Notes: generated by a model not told the origin, from the letters alone. Positions 51,684 to 63,740 are shown, counted from the first letter of the whole stretch. The stretch is DNA of 63,740 bases, filler included, from Welwitschia mirabilis (GCA_051453625.1; 9 parts of one record of this genome joined end to end with filler, not necessarily neighbours in it); one strand, 5' to 3'. A program made the numbers and translations.

Positions 51684-53208
51684 TTACTCAAAAGATTTAT
51701 CATGATGTTGTGTTGATGTAGGTTCCCTTTGCTCTTCTTCTTCTAAAACAGGTGGAATCTCAAACCCAAAAGCTGAAAGCCCGAATACCATATGTTCCAC
51801 TTTTCGGTGAGCTTTGTCTGCTATAGATTTTGCTTGTTGAACAATGTTCTTGACTTCCATAATGGCTTTCAATACATCTTCATTAGATACAGGACCAGCA
51901 CTGTTACTTTCCTCAGTTCTGGGCTTCTTCTTTAGAGGAGGTGTGGGGCCAATAACATTAAAGAAGAAATTCTTTTTCTTCAGAGAGTAAACACCAAGAG
52001 GTTTGGACACTTTCACTAACTCATCATCTTTGTATACCACAAATTGATGATTTTCCAATAATGCTGTGATTNNNNNNNNNNNNNNNNNNNNNNNNNNNNN
52101 NNNNNNNNNNNNNNNNNNNNNNNNNNNNNNNNNNNNNNNNNNNNNNNNNNNNNNNNNNNNNNNNNNNNNNNNNNNNNNNNNNNNNNNNNNNNNNNNNNNN
52201 NNNNNNNNNNNNNNNNNNNNNNNNNNNNNNNNNNNNNNNNNNNNNNNNNNNNNNNNNNNNNNNNNNNNNNNNNNNNNNNNNNNNNNNNNNNNNNNNNNNN
52301 NNNNNNNNNNNNNNNNNNNNNNNNNNNNNNNNNNNNNNNNNNNNNNNNNNNNNNNNNNNNNNNNNNNNNNNNNNNNNNNNNNNNNNNNNNNNNNNNNNNN
52401 NNNNNNNNNNNNNNNNNNNNNNNNNNNNNNNNNNNNNNNNNNNNNNNNNNNNNNNNNNNNNNNNNNNNNNNNNNNNNNNNNNNNNNNNNNNNNNNNNNNN
52501 NNNNNNNNNNNNNNNNNTAATCCTTCAAAAGGTAAACTAGAATAACTGGTAATGAAGAACTGACTAATGTAATACATAATGAATTTGCAAAGATTGATTT
52601 TGACTGCAGTCCCCAAACAAAACATAATATAAGCATACAATGGTGATACCTCATCTTTGTGCACTAATTTTGGAACTAAATCATGAGTTGAAATTTCAAA
52701 AACAACCTTGTAAAATGGTTTTGGTTGGTTGGTAGGTATGTTTGCTCTTCATACAATGTTTTTGCCACACAACTCTTCTGTTAAAACATCGTTTGAGAAA
52801 GCTTCTTGAAGGGAGCTAACTGAGTTAATTTCTTTAAAGAAGCCTTCATTCAGATATGCAGTAATCAAAGAAATGGCTTCTAAATCTACTTCCACTACTC
52901 TTCAATAGACCTTGGAAACTAGTTTACATTTATTTCGTTCAAAATAAGCATTGCAATAGAACAATCTTACCATTTTAGTGGAAGCCTTGGTGTCAAGATC
53001 CAATGCATACATCCAACCTTGTTCTTCAAATTTGGGAACCAATCTCAGCTCATGTCTAAAGGATTCATGATCTATCTTCCTTTCTGGAGCTATTGGTCTT
53101 GTAGAAAAACACCCAAACCAATTCTTTCTGTTCGGGAGATTGAAACCATTTTGATTCTGAAGCTGGTTCCTTTCCCTTTCTGGAGGCTGCAAACTTAGTT
53201 TTCAATAT
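51684..53208 (-). pseudogene. Sirevirus extra 3' ORF, copy 4
   Basis: (I)LKTKFAASRKGKEPASESKWF...KIDHESFRHE...FEEQGWMYALDLDTKASTKMVRLFYCN...SLPFEGL|ITALLENHQF...PPLKKKPR...FGLSAFGFEIPP. The start codon appears mutated ATG>ATA. Confidence 0.82.
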
Positions 53209-53590
53209 GATGAATTGGCACAACAGAAACTAAAGGGTTAAATGTGATGGAAGTTGAGAGACAAGTTGCGAAAGACTAGAGGAGATGGTGAGAGATGTGA
53301 AAAACTAGGAAGGATGAGGGGGAAGTGCTTTAAAAACAAGAAGAGAAACTGCCTATTTTTATGTGTTATTCGGGTTTTAAAACTTAAACGTCCTGGCACA
53401 AAAACCCACGCGTCCAGTGATTAAAGTTGGGACATTCGAGTAGTGACTTGGTTTCTCTGCATAACATATCAGTCGAACGTTCGGGATTAANNNNNNNNNN
53501 NNNNNNNNNNNNNNNNNNNNNNNNNNNNNNNNNNTTAATTAATTAANNNNNNNNNNNNNNNNNNNNNNNNNNNNNNNNNNNNNNNNNNNN

Positions 53591-55530
53591 AGTTATATCC
53601 AAAATACTGAGATTTTTTGTAAGGACAAGCAAACTGAATATGATCATATTCTTGACAAAAATAGCATTTTAAACTAGTGCTTCCGAATGAGAGATACTTA
53701 ACACTTGTGCTAAAGAAATTTTGAGGGGGTGACATGCTAGAAGTAGTTCCAATTCCAGATTTATCGTTTGGTCTCTTTTCCGTTTCCAAGAGGCAATTTA
53801 GATTCTCCTTTCTATTTGCTACCCATTCAGCCATGTTATTGGCTTGATCTAGATCTTTGATCAAAGATTCTATCTTTTGAGAGGTCCCTTTGAGTTTATC
53901 TTCCAAATCACTGACCTGTTTTTTAGATGCAGATTTTTCTTTCCAAGCTCTAGACTAGCATGATACAATTTCTCATATGCAAGTGTTATATCATCATCAT
54001 CGCTTTCATAATCATCCAACTCATTTATATTAACAGAGGTATTAAAATCAATTGATTCACTTACTTATTCCATTATTGAGATTAGCTCAAAGTTGATGCA
54101 CCCTTCGTCATCGCTTGATTGGGAACTTGCCTTATCATTATCCAGAGTAGCTTTCAAGGCTTTCTTTCCTTTGATTTTGCTTGGCTTATCCTTCCCTTTG
54201 TTCATACACTCAAAAGCAATATGACCATAACCTTTACATTCATAACATTAAATAGAACTAGAGGGGTTCTTACCTTTATCCATATCTCATTTGAATGATT
54301 GCCTTAATGATCTTCCTTCCTTTTTCGTGAGAAATTTCTTGAAGTTCTTTGCTAAAAAAGCAAGGTCATCATCTTCCAAATCCTCACTAGATTGGTTGTA
54401 TTCTTCATCATCAGAGCAGGCTTTTAGAGCAACATTTTTTTCTTTGGTTGATCTTCTTCTCTTAGCAAGGATGCTTCATATGGCATGAGATCCTTTGAGT
54501 TCTTCAACCTTAATTCTATCAATATCNNNNNNNNNNNNNNNNNNNNNNNNNNNNNNNNNNNNNNNNNNNNNNNNNNNNNNNNNNNNNNNNNNNNNNNNNN
54601 NNNNNNNNNNNNNNNNNNNNNNNNNNNNNNNNNNNNNNNNNNNNNNNNNNNNNNNNNNNNNNNNNNNNNNNNNNNNNNNNNNNNNNNNNNNNNNNNNNNN
54701 NNNNNNNNNNNNNNNNNNNNNNNNNNNNNNNNNNNNNNNNNNNNNNNNNNNNNNNNNNNNNNNNNNNNNNNNNNNNNNNNNNNNNNNNNNNNNNNNNNNN
54801 NNNNNNNNNNNNNNNNNNNNNNNNNNNNNNNNNNNNNNNNNNNNNNNNNNNNNNNNNNNNNNNNNNNNNNNNNNNNNNNNNNNNNNNNNNNNNNNNNNNN
54901 NNNNNNNNNNNNNNNNNNNNNNNNNNNNNNNNNNNNNNNNNNNNNNNNNNNNNNNNNNNNNNNNNNNNNNNNNNNNNNNNNNNNNNTGGTGGTGATCTTA
55001 CGTCTGTACTTCTTTATAAGGCTTCTGAGGATTTTCGTCACAACTCAGTTCTGAGGCATAACTTCTCCTCGATACTATCTTGGAGGTGTCATCTGCCATT
55101 GTTTCCAAGTCTTCCATTCTGATGTTTTCGAACTAAGTTGCAAGCATTTGTAGTTTTGCATTCCTTACCATGTTGGTCCCTTCATAAGCGACCTTTAAGG
55201 TCTCCTATATCTCCTGAGTCATGGTGCACTGAACCACTCGGTTGTACTCTTCTAGAGACAAGGCACATATCAAGGCATTCATAGCCTTGGCATTCATTTG
55301 TGCAGCTTTTTTATTATCCTGATCCCACTTGCTTCTAGGGTTAGGACAATTTTACCACTAACTACTTTGATAAGTGCAAAAATATCCGAATTCAACCATT
55401 TCCCAGATCTCATAGTCTAAGGATTGCAAAAAAGATGGCCATTTTTGTCTTCCACTATGCATAGTTTGAACCTGAGAATAGTGGTGGTCTGGAGATAGAT
55501 TGTCCTTCTGTAAAGCTTGAAGATGCCATT
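53591..55530 (-). pseudogene. Sirevirus gag
   Basis: N-terminus homologous to 20909-21186, TKILRSL, zinc knuckle CYECKGYGHIAFEC (~54207-54248), a coiled coil, and a second knuckle CYFCQEYDHIQFAC. Confidence 0.88.
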
Positions 55531-56681
55531 TGAGATAACTTGAAATGATAGGGAGACGAGAAAAAAAAAAACTAATCTAAAGCTACTAGGCTTTGATACC
55601 AATTGTAAGGATCAAAAACCCTTAGGGGTGTGAATAGGGTTTTTAACTTAAATATGAAAACTTAAAACAATCAATTGCACATAAATCTAAAAAATAAATT
55701 ATAAGAAAAGATGCATCAGATTTTATAGTGGTTCGGCGCTTCCAGCCTACTCCGCTCACAGGGGATAGCACAAAGCCTTCAGCCTTCTGGTTCCCTTAAA
55801 TCAAAGCTATTTCTTTTAATACAAAACCCTCTAAACCAGGGTTCAGTAATCACAATTCTTGCTCCTTCAGAGCATCAGAAGAGAAGAAAGAAGAGAGGTT
55901 TGATGTCGATTGAGCCTTGAAGCATAGATCATAAGCAAGGAGTACAACAGCAATGATTCAGATTTGCTTAGTTTAGCCCACTTGTACAGTGTAAAGAAAT
56001 AGAACTTTCTCCCCAAATGATTACAATAAATTTTCACAGTTCAAATCTGTCTATAAATCATTTCAAATATAATATTTATACGATTTACATTTAAGGGATC
56101 AAAGGCAACCCTAGACAAGGTTGTTTCTTGATTTGAATGCCATTAGGAACCTTCTTCTAGCCGTTCTAGGCTTTGTATTAGTGCCCAAAGTTCATCTGAG
56201 CGTGCTTTTTGCAGTAACGGTTAACTACTTGGACAACCCATTTGGAAAATCTGGACGTCCCAATTTTTTAAATTTGTTGTCATAGAAAACTGAGATAGGG
56301 ACCAGACATTCCGGTTTCGATGCCTGGACGTCCTAGTACATTTTGCCAAGAACAGGTTCGAACATCCTTGTTTGTAGGGCTGATGTCTCAGTATGTTTCA
56401 TCTAAAAGCCTCTTGGACGTCCCGGTAAGGAAAAACGGATGTCCCAGTACTTTTGACAGTATAAAGGGTCAAACATCCTGATTGTTAATGTCAGACGTCC
56501 TAGTAAATATTGATTTGATCTGATATTGGAGTTTATTCTTTTTGCAACTATGATCATAGTCTGGGAGTTGAGATTTGTACCTTGACTAGATGGTTCTGCT
56601 CCATTGATCATCATTGAAATATATTTTACCAACAAAAATGCCCTATTCATCCCCTTCTAGGGTGCCCTTACGATTCTAACA

Positions 56682-58102
56682 AAAGTTTATCGTTGATAAT
56701 CTAAAAATGATTGTTGAATATTTGTATTGTCTCGATGTTTTCTTAATGGTTACAAAATACTAGTATAGCATCTCTAGATTTGTCTATCACCCAAATTGCT
56801 AAAGGAATGCCTAAATGAGTTTGTTTCAAGAGCCAATGGAATTGGGGGGTAAACAAAGGTACCAAAGTTGTGCTTCTGCTCTGAGATAAAGGATAAACAA
56901 CTGACAAGCAACATCCTCTTGTTGGGCACCTAGGAAACACAATCCTTCCGTGAAAGTGGTAATGTAGTCTTCTGGCATAAGGGAAGAACGAGGGCTCCAG
57001 GCTTGGAGGAATTTGTCATGTTTCGGAGGTAGGTTGTGATAATCAAGGAAACTGAGAGGGTCATTGCCCATTCAAGGTGGCAGGTTGGTCACAGGGATAG
57101 ACTGAATACTAGGTAGTTAGGGGTCAAAGGCTTTGGAGAATTAGTGATTAGGGATGGTGGCAGGACAGGATAAGATAGCTTACAAGAAAGAATTGTCAGA
57201 TGAAGACAAGCTTTTTGAAGATAGGGAGGGTAGAAGGGGTTCTTCAGCCTCCCTCTCCTTGAATTATTGTCGTGTTCTAGAACGTGTTTTGTAGTAGTGA
57301 GCTAGTATGGTGATTTGTGGCCCTTCTTGTAGCACCAAAGAAGACATGTTGATGCAAATTCCTTTCCCTAGGCTTGAAAAAGATAACACTGCCGCTTTCC
57401 AGCTTGAGGTCCTAGACTTATTTTAGAGGCCGATTGAAAATTAGGTACCTGATATGATTTCACTTAGGGTACAAAGTAACCAAGGAACAAGAGTAGAGCA
57501 TGGACTAAGCCTAGTGGGTAAAACTTTACAAGTACTACGGTAAGTAAAGAAAAGAAAATAGGAGATAACAGGTAAGGAATAAAGGGAGGACTTCCTAAAG
57601 AAGGATGTATCCTTGGGTTCTTTCAAAGTGCTAGGTAAAAGGTATGGAACAAGTCAGGGTTATGGGATTAGAAGTTCCAATCAGATCTCCTCCCAAGACT
57701 ATAACGAAGCGGGTGTAGTTCTTCAAAAAATTGGGTTTGGGGTGTTCTTTATCTATTGAAGATAAAGGTGTCTATCATTTCTCTCACAATGGAGGTTACC
57801 TGCGTAAAGGTCTTTCGTATTCTTTATTGTGCTTATAGATAGTAAGTAGTGAGAAGAGAAGAGAACTCCTTTTATTAATATCTCTCTAGAAAACATCACT
57901 CTCTTTGAAATGAAGAGGAGAGAACATAAATAAGCCTCTTTCAAACAGAAAAAAGAAAGGATTGTTACATTATAGAAGCAAATAACTATAAACAATGAAT
58001 TACAAAACTTGACAAAAAATATTGGAATTACTAAAGATGTGCAGTTGATAACAGTTTATTCTGTCCTATTCATGAGTCTTCCTTGCAGAGGAGGTGTAAT
58101 CA
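56682..58102 (-). mobile_element. Tat-like gypsy 5' end: gag fragment, PBS-like site (~57318-57338) and LTR from 57347
   Basis: EDVACQLFILYLRAEAQLWYLCLPPNSIGS (Retrotrans_gag pattern EDVxCRLF...AxxWYxxLPPxSIxSW); TGTTGATG LTR boundary at 57347. The LTR may continue beyond 59143. Confidence 0.7.
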
Positions 58103-58116
58103 NNNNNNNNNNGGAG

Positions 58117-59137
58117 TGTTAGGATTGTATGGCACACTAGAGGGGGGTAAATGGGGTGATTCTGAATATTCCATTAATAAAAACAACTATTTCTTAACTT
58201 TTAATCTCAAGAAGCAAATTACTAGGCAAACCACAAGCACCAAACTAAAAACAGAGATTTATAATGGTTCAACCTTTTGCCTACTCCACTCTCAAGGGCT
58301 AGCAACAACTTCTAGCCTCCTGATTGCTTTAAAGTCCCACAATTTACAACTCCCTTTGCACAGGGTTTAAAGCTTCATACAATGCCCTTCTCTTAAGGAA
58401 CTTTGTCTCAAATGCTCCCACTTAAGCACACAATACAAGATGCTGAAGAGTCTGATGCTAGAATGATGCCTTAGGATGCATTGATCATCGGATTGGTAAT
58501 ATAATCATTTAGCTAGAGAATACCCAGAATTAGAAACAGTACATACAATGAGATACTTGCAGAGGAAGATATTACAAAATGTTCTCTCATATAAAAGTAT
58601 GTTTTTCATAATGATATTCTCATCCTTAATACAAGATCTTACAAAATATAGCTGTTATAGCCTTAAACTAGGAGCCCTCTGCCTTGGATGGTGTACTAGT
58701 AAGGATACATGACCATTGGTTTCTTGAAATGCACATTCTAATGTTCACAATGGTTATTTTTTTCCTCCAACGTTTGCCTTACTGGACATCCCCTTTTTTA
58801 GGTTCGGACGTCCTTGTTATAATCCTTGGTCCTTGTCGAAATTGCATAGGATCCTGGATGTCCGGTCCAAAATTCAGATGTCCCCATCATGAGGATTGAG
58901 TACAGGGGTGGACATCCTGCCTTAGAATCCAGACATCCTTGTGCTTTTTGTCTGCGAACAGGGGCAGACGTGCTAGGAGATGTCTCGGATGTCCATACAT
59001 TTTTCCACACATAAGGTCAGACGTCCTAGTTGGCACAAACACAAGATATCTCTTTTCAGCTCTTCTTTATTGACATTGATTGGACTTTTAACAAGCTCTG
59101 AATCAGTCGATCATCATTGAAACATGGATCTTCATTG
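58117..59137 (-). repeat. Sirevirus solo LTR
   Basis: Reverse-complement homologue of 45923-47034 (e.g. CATTTCAAGA.A.CAATGGTCAT); flanks (N)GGAG / TGGAG are consistent with a 5-bp TSD. Confidence 0.8.
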
Positions 59138-59526
59138 TGGAGCTTTAGTGTTACTTATGATTTTTACAAGATTAGAGGATAAGAGGAGAGTTGAGACAAA
59201 ATGTAGAAAGGGTTTTCCAAATACAAAGACCTAGAAATGCAAGAGAGAGGGAAAGACTGCCTCTTTGATGAGAGGCAGAGAAGAGGGAGTGAAAATGGAA
59301 AAATGGGACGTAAATGTGATGAGAGAAAGGAGGGGCNNNNNNNNNNNNNNNNNNNNNNNNNNNNNNNNNNNNNNNNNNNNNNNNNNNNNNNNNNNNNNNN
59401 NNNNNNNNNNNNNNNNNNNNNNNNNNNNNNNNNNNNNNNNNNNNNNNNNNNNNNNNNNNNNNNNNNNNNNNNNNNNNNNNNNNNNNNNNNNNNNNNNNNN
59501 NNNNNNNNNNNNNNNNNNNNNNNNNN

Positions 59527-59770
59527 ATATCAATAGAAATAAAACAAAGTAGCACAAAAGAAAGCAAATAACAAGTGCACCAGATTTATAGTGGTTCGGC
59601 AATCCTTGCCTACTCCACTCACAGGGGCAGTAACGTGCTTCCAACCTCCTGGTTCCCTTAAAAACACCCAACAACTTAGGCACAATACAACACCCTTCTC
59701 AAAGGTTTACAATCAATCCCTTCTCACGGGATGCACAGGCTCACTCCAATGAGCCACTAAAAAGTGTCGA
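59527..59770 (-). repeat. Sirevirus LTR fragment
   Basis: CACCAGATTTATAGTGGTTCGGC...CCTACTCCACTCACAGGG, shared with 50741-50790 and 55715-55765. Confidence 0.75.
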
Positions 59771-59870
59771 NNNNNNNNNNNNNNNNNNNNNNNNNNNNNN
59801 NNNNNNNNNNNNNNTTAATTAATTAANNNNNNNNNNNNNNNNNNNNNNNNNNNNNNNNNNNNNNNNNNNN

Positions 59871-62565
59871 ATTTACTAATCCAGCTTTAGGCCATATGTT
59901 CATAGTCAGCATGACCCTAACTCCTCGATAGAGAAGAAGCTCTATTTCTAATTCATCATCAGCATCATCATACCTAACTGAATCTTGTGATCTATCTGCT
60001 ACACATCATGAAATGGGTGTTTGAAGTGAGCACTTTCTATTATAAGTGAAAATCATATCAATGATGAAAAATAGATGAACTGAATCTTGAAAATCATCCA
60101 TTCCATTTGATGTAAAAGGAAGTTTAAACCTCATCATTAGAAACTCATAATCATCATCTAAATATTTACCATCTCTTAAAAGCTTTACTGATTTGGATTG
60201 TTATCTTTTTATCTATATATTGTGTCTAATATAGCAACAATATCAAATGATCTCCATAGTGTCTTCATTTCCTCAATATCATTATATAATGGAAAATACT
60301 TCACTAGAGATAACTGTGTAAGATCACCTATTAATATGATAGATCTTCCACCAAACCTTATGTGTCACTGATCTGGAAATATCTCTTTAAGTATTTTATC
60401 AATATTAAGTAACATATTATTACCTATGAAACTCATCTTATCAAAAATGTTGTACTTGATATTTTTTAACTATTCTTGAAGATATGGCAACTGTCTTGAT
60501 AAAGCAGGATCATAGTCACTGATCTTAATACCTAATGCTGAATGTATTATTATCCCCTTGATGTTGTATGTTGTGACTCTAGTTGGTGCTAGCACCATAA
60601 TAAGGCTTGTGTTATTTGGAAACATCTTCTTAAATTCATTTCTAATAGCATGAATTAGAAAGATTTTTTTGGTCTAGCTATTTCTTGAATTATCATGTGT
60701 AGAGTCTAGATATCTTCTTTCTTGAATTATTATAGCACCAAATGTGATATGAGTATGTTAAAGCATTTCATTTGTTTTGTACTAAGGCTAGATAGCCCAA
60801 TAAGTTGTTTTGATTTATCTTAAACCAATAAATTTCACAATGTCATATTACTTTAAACAAATGAAACAACATATTTCACATAGTCTTCATCTTTATAGCT
60901 TACAGACCAATTGTATTATTTATCAAGATCATGTAAGTCAAGCATGTCATGTCTCTGAAGTACACCTTCATTTAGTAGGTGTCTTGTTAATACTTAAGAA
61001 TCATTTTCATAATGTTCTACATGTGATGACTCCACATCTTCATGTTGATCTTCCTCGATGATTACATGTTCGGAATTATCATCATGTGATTGACTACATT
61101 GCTAATACATATGTGTAATGGACATCTATTAAGCTTTTATTTNNNNNNNNNNNNNNNNNNNNNNNNNNNNNNNNNNNTAACATGAATAACAAATAAGAAG
61201 CTAAGCCCAAAAATAAGCTATTCATCTGTCATCATTTCTATTAGGTTGCATATGAAATCTCAGAATAGCTCTGACAACTGCATGTTCCTTTGTAAGATGC
61301 CAAGCCTGATCACGTTTTTTTTTTGGATTAAATATAAAATTTTTTCATAATTAAATAATGACACACCTTTAATTTGTAGTGGTCTTTTTGGATAATGATC
61401 TATCAATGTGGTATACACATGTTCTTCATCTACAACATGGTTTTTTCTAACTTTTTTATAGATGTACTTAAATACATTAAGTGGTATAAATACCATGCTA
61501 CTTTCAACCAAAGAAAGCCCTTGTAACATGTGGCATGTTTCCATATCTCCAATATTACAATCTGCTGTAGTATCCATCACTAGTCTCTTGTAATTTAATT
61601 TGATAGGCTCACTGGAATTTCTATATTATGATAGCTTCATTAATATGTCAAAATATGACTTTGATTTTTTTTTTTTTTTTGACTTTGAAGCATACTTTGC
61701 AATATACTGTATAATAACATATTTATCAAGGATAAGTTGAAAGTCTATATTTGCTTATCATATTTGTAAAATCATTCTGTTATGAAGATTTAACCTATCA
61801 TCATTTCTCCTTGGCTCATACTTCTTCTCGCTATTTTCATCTATATACAACTTAGAATCATAAGGCTGAAAATTTCATGGAACATTATACCTACATGAAT
61901 TAATANNNNNNNNNNNNNNNNNNNNNNNNNNNNNNNNNNNNNNNNNNNNNNNNNNNNNNNNNNNNNNNNNNNNNNNNNNNNNNNNNNNNNNNNNNNNNNN
62001 NNNNNNNNNNNNNNNNNNNNNNNNNNNNNNNNNNNNNNNNNNNNNNNNNNNNNNNNNNNNNNNNNNNNNNNNNNNNNNNNNNNNNNNNNNNNNNNNNNNN
62101 NNNNNNNNNNNNNNNNNNNNNNNNNNNNNNNNNNNNNNNNNNNNNNNNNNNNNNNNNNNNNNNNNNNNNNNNNNNNNNNNNNNNNNNNNNNNNNNNNNNN
62201 NNNNNNNNNNNNNNNNNNNNNNNNNNNNNNNNNNNNNNNNNNNNNNNNNNNNNNNNNNNNNNNNNNNNNNNNNNNNNNNNNNNNNNNNNNNNNNNNNNNN
62301 NNNNNNNNNNNNNNNNNNNNNTGTTCCATGTTAGGAGCTCCTTTTATCCATAAAAACCCATGCACATATGGAAAACGTCTATGCTACCACTCAAATCATG
62401 TTTAGTAGTCTACAATGTTAAATTCCTTCATTATAATCATATTTCTAGATTTTTTATGATGGTTGTACATGTACTTTGAGATAATATGTGGGTTCTCAAT
62501 GATGTTATACAATTGCCATCATCTAGCTTTCAATGAATGCTCTAGTTATTCATTAGACATGATTT
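59871..62565 (-). mobile_element. Helitron-superfamily Rep-helicase (HUH Rep + PIF1) pseudogene
   Basis: Rep: FEW*HRRFPYVHGFLWIKGAP (62335-62396) and PRRNDDRLNLHN...ANIDFQ...QYIAKYASK (61682-61816). Helicase: degenerate Walker A IIQEIARPKKS (~60660-60693), LAPTRVTTYNIKG..IHSAL, IFDKMSFIG, FGGRSIILIGDLTQL (~60313-60356). Confidence 0.88.
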
Positions 62566-62959
62566 NNNNNNNNNNNNNNNNNNNNNNNNNNNNNNNNNNN
62601 NNNNNNNNNTTAATTAATTAANNNNNNNNNNNNNNNNNNNNNNNNNNNNNNNNNNNNNNNNNNNNGAATTAAAAATATAAAAAAAGAATGAGTAACACCA
62701 TCCCGGACAATTCAGTGGCTGGGGATGGCCTCTCGGCCAAAAAATTGAACCTGATAATGGTAAGAAATGACATAAACTAACAAAAATTCTGGATACCAAT
62801 CACAAGCATTCCAAAAATCTTTTATGCAATATTTTTAAAAGGCTTAGTATTACATTTTAGTATTTACAAATTAGGTTAGGAGTAGTGATTGAAAATTGGC
62901 AAGTCAACACATTATCGATAAGGGTAACAAGTTGGAAACTGGCCAGTAATTGACTCAAA

Positions 62960-63520
62960 ACAACCACAAATCACCAACTATTTCTCAAGTTTGTCCAAAA
63001 ATAAAGAAAACATACTGAAATTATTTTTCTTGTATGCATTTGAATCTTACAAGTCTAAGCAGCAAAATATATAAAACAACAGCAAAAAGAGTACCGAAAA
63101 ACCTAGTATGTGGGAAAACCACAGGATCAGTGCAAAACTCTCAAGTATCAACAAAAACATTGAAGCCCAAGGACACAAGCAGTCCTTGACAGCTTGACTA
63201 GGGCATCAAACACAAGAAGGGTTGCCAACAAGAAAATCTTGATTAGCAAGCTCATGCATTGGACTATAATACGTCCCCCCTCCCTTTGATAGACCTTATA
63301 TAGCTTTTCATCAGGGTTACAACCCTAATCTCACATTAGCATTATAATAAATCAAAAGCCTCATCTTACATACAGTACATGAAAAAGTCAGACCTTGCGT
63401 GAAGTATTTTGTGTTGCTTTTAATAGTAACATGTCAATGCTAAAAACAAAAGAGTAGCACATAGAGGGAAGCTTTGGCTTTAGTATTTGACAATTCTAAC
63501 CCATGAAGACAAATCTGAGC
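62960..63520 (-). repeat. Possible LTR-like sequence
   Basis: A-rich U5-like tract and a reverse TATA (CCTTATATAG ~63294), similar in layout to 32293-32760. Ends not defined. Confidence 0.3.
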
Positions 63521-63740
63521 ATCCTTGAAAGAGATATGAGATGCACTATTCCAATGCTTATTGCTTACAGCACAACTATCCCAAGCTGTTCTCCACAAAA
63601 GTCATGTTCTGCAACTGTCACAACCTTTGTCATGAAATCAACATTGCTTTTTGTATGTACCTTTTGTTGATATGTGAAGCCAAATATATTATTTATATTG
63701 TAAATGTTATGTTTTAACATTGACCCTTATTTAAGGTTGT

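Larger units (their letters stand above)
50627..56634 (-). mobile_element. Two-LTR Sirevirus element nested in a Sirevirus LTR
   Basis: 5' LTR 55604-56634; PBS GCTTTGATACCA (55590-55601); gag ~53591-55530 with two zinc knuckles; spacer gap; extra ORF; PPT-like tract ~51585; 3' LTR 50627-~51400 alignable by eye to the 5' LTR. Flanks AAAAC / AAAAT. Confidence 0.85.

Overview
This window is AT-rich, gap-ridden plant nuclear DNA made almost entirely of nested, decayed transposable elements; the large-genome, possibly gymnosperm-like origin is an inference only. It is stitched from contigs by eight artificial 100-bp spacers (44 N + TTAATTAATTAA + 44 N). The only host coding sequence I can support is one intact 113-bp internal exon of an M18 aspartyl aminopeptidase (34912-35024), with no neighbouring exon recognisable in the window. 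The old, heavily C>T-eroded elements lie at 1-20.8 kb: two Athila-like Ty3/gypsy elements and L1 LINEs, including a full-length L1 inserted in a gypsy RNase H. Further along are several better-preserved Sirevirus (SIRE/Maximus copia) copies with multiple PPTs, GGACGTCC palindrome arrays and a conserved extra 3' ORF seen four times. There are also a non-SIRE copia, Tat-like gypsy fragments, a hAT-type element with a perfect 8-bp TSD, and a Rep-helicase Helitron whose Rep motif is not the canonical plant type. I found no prokaryote-type system such as CRISPR or an operon, and most supplied ORFs are N-run artefacts or TE fragments.
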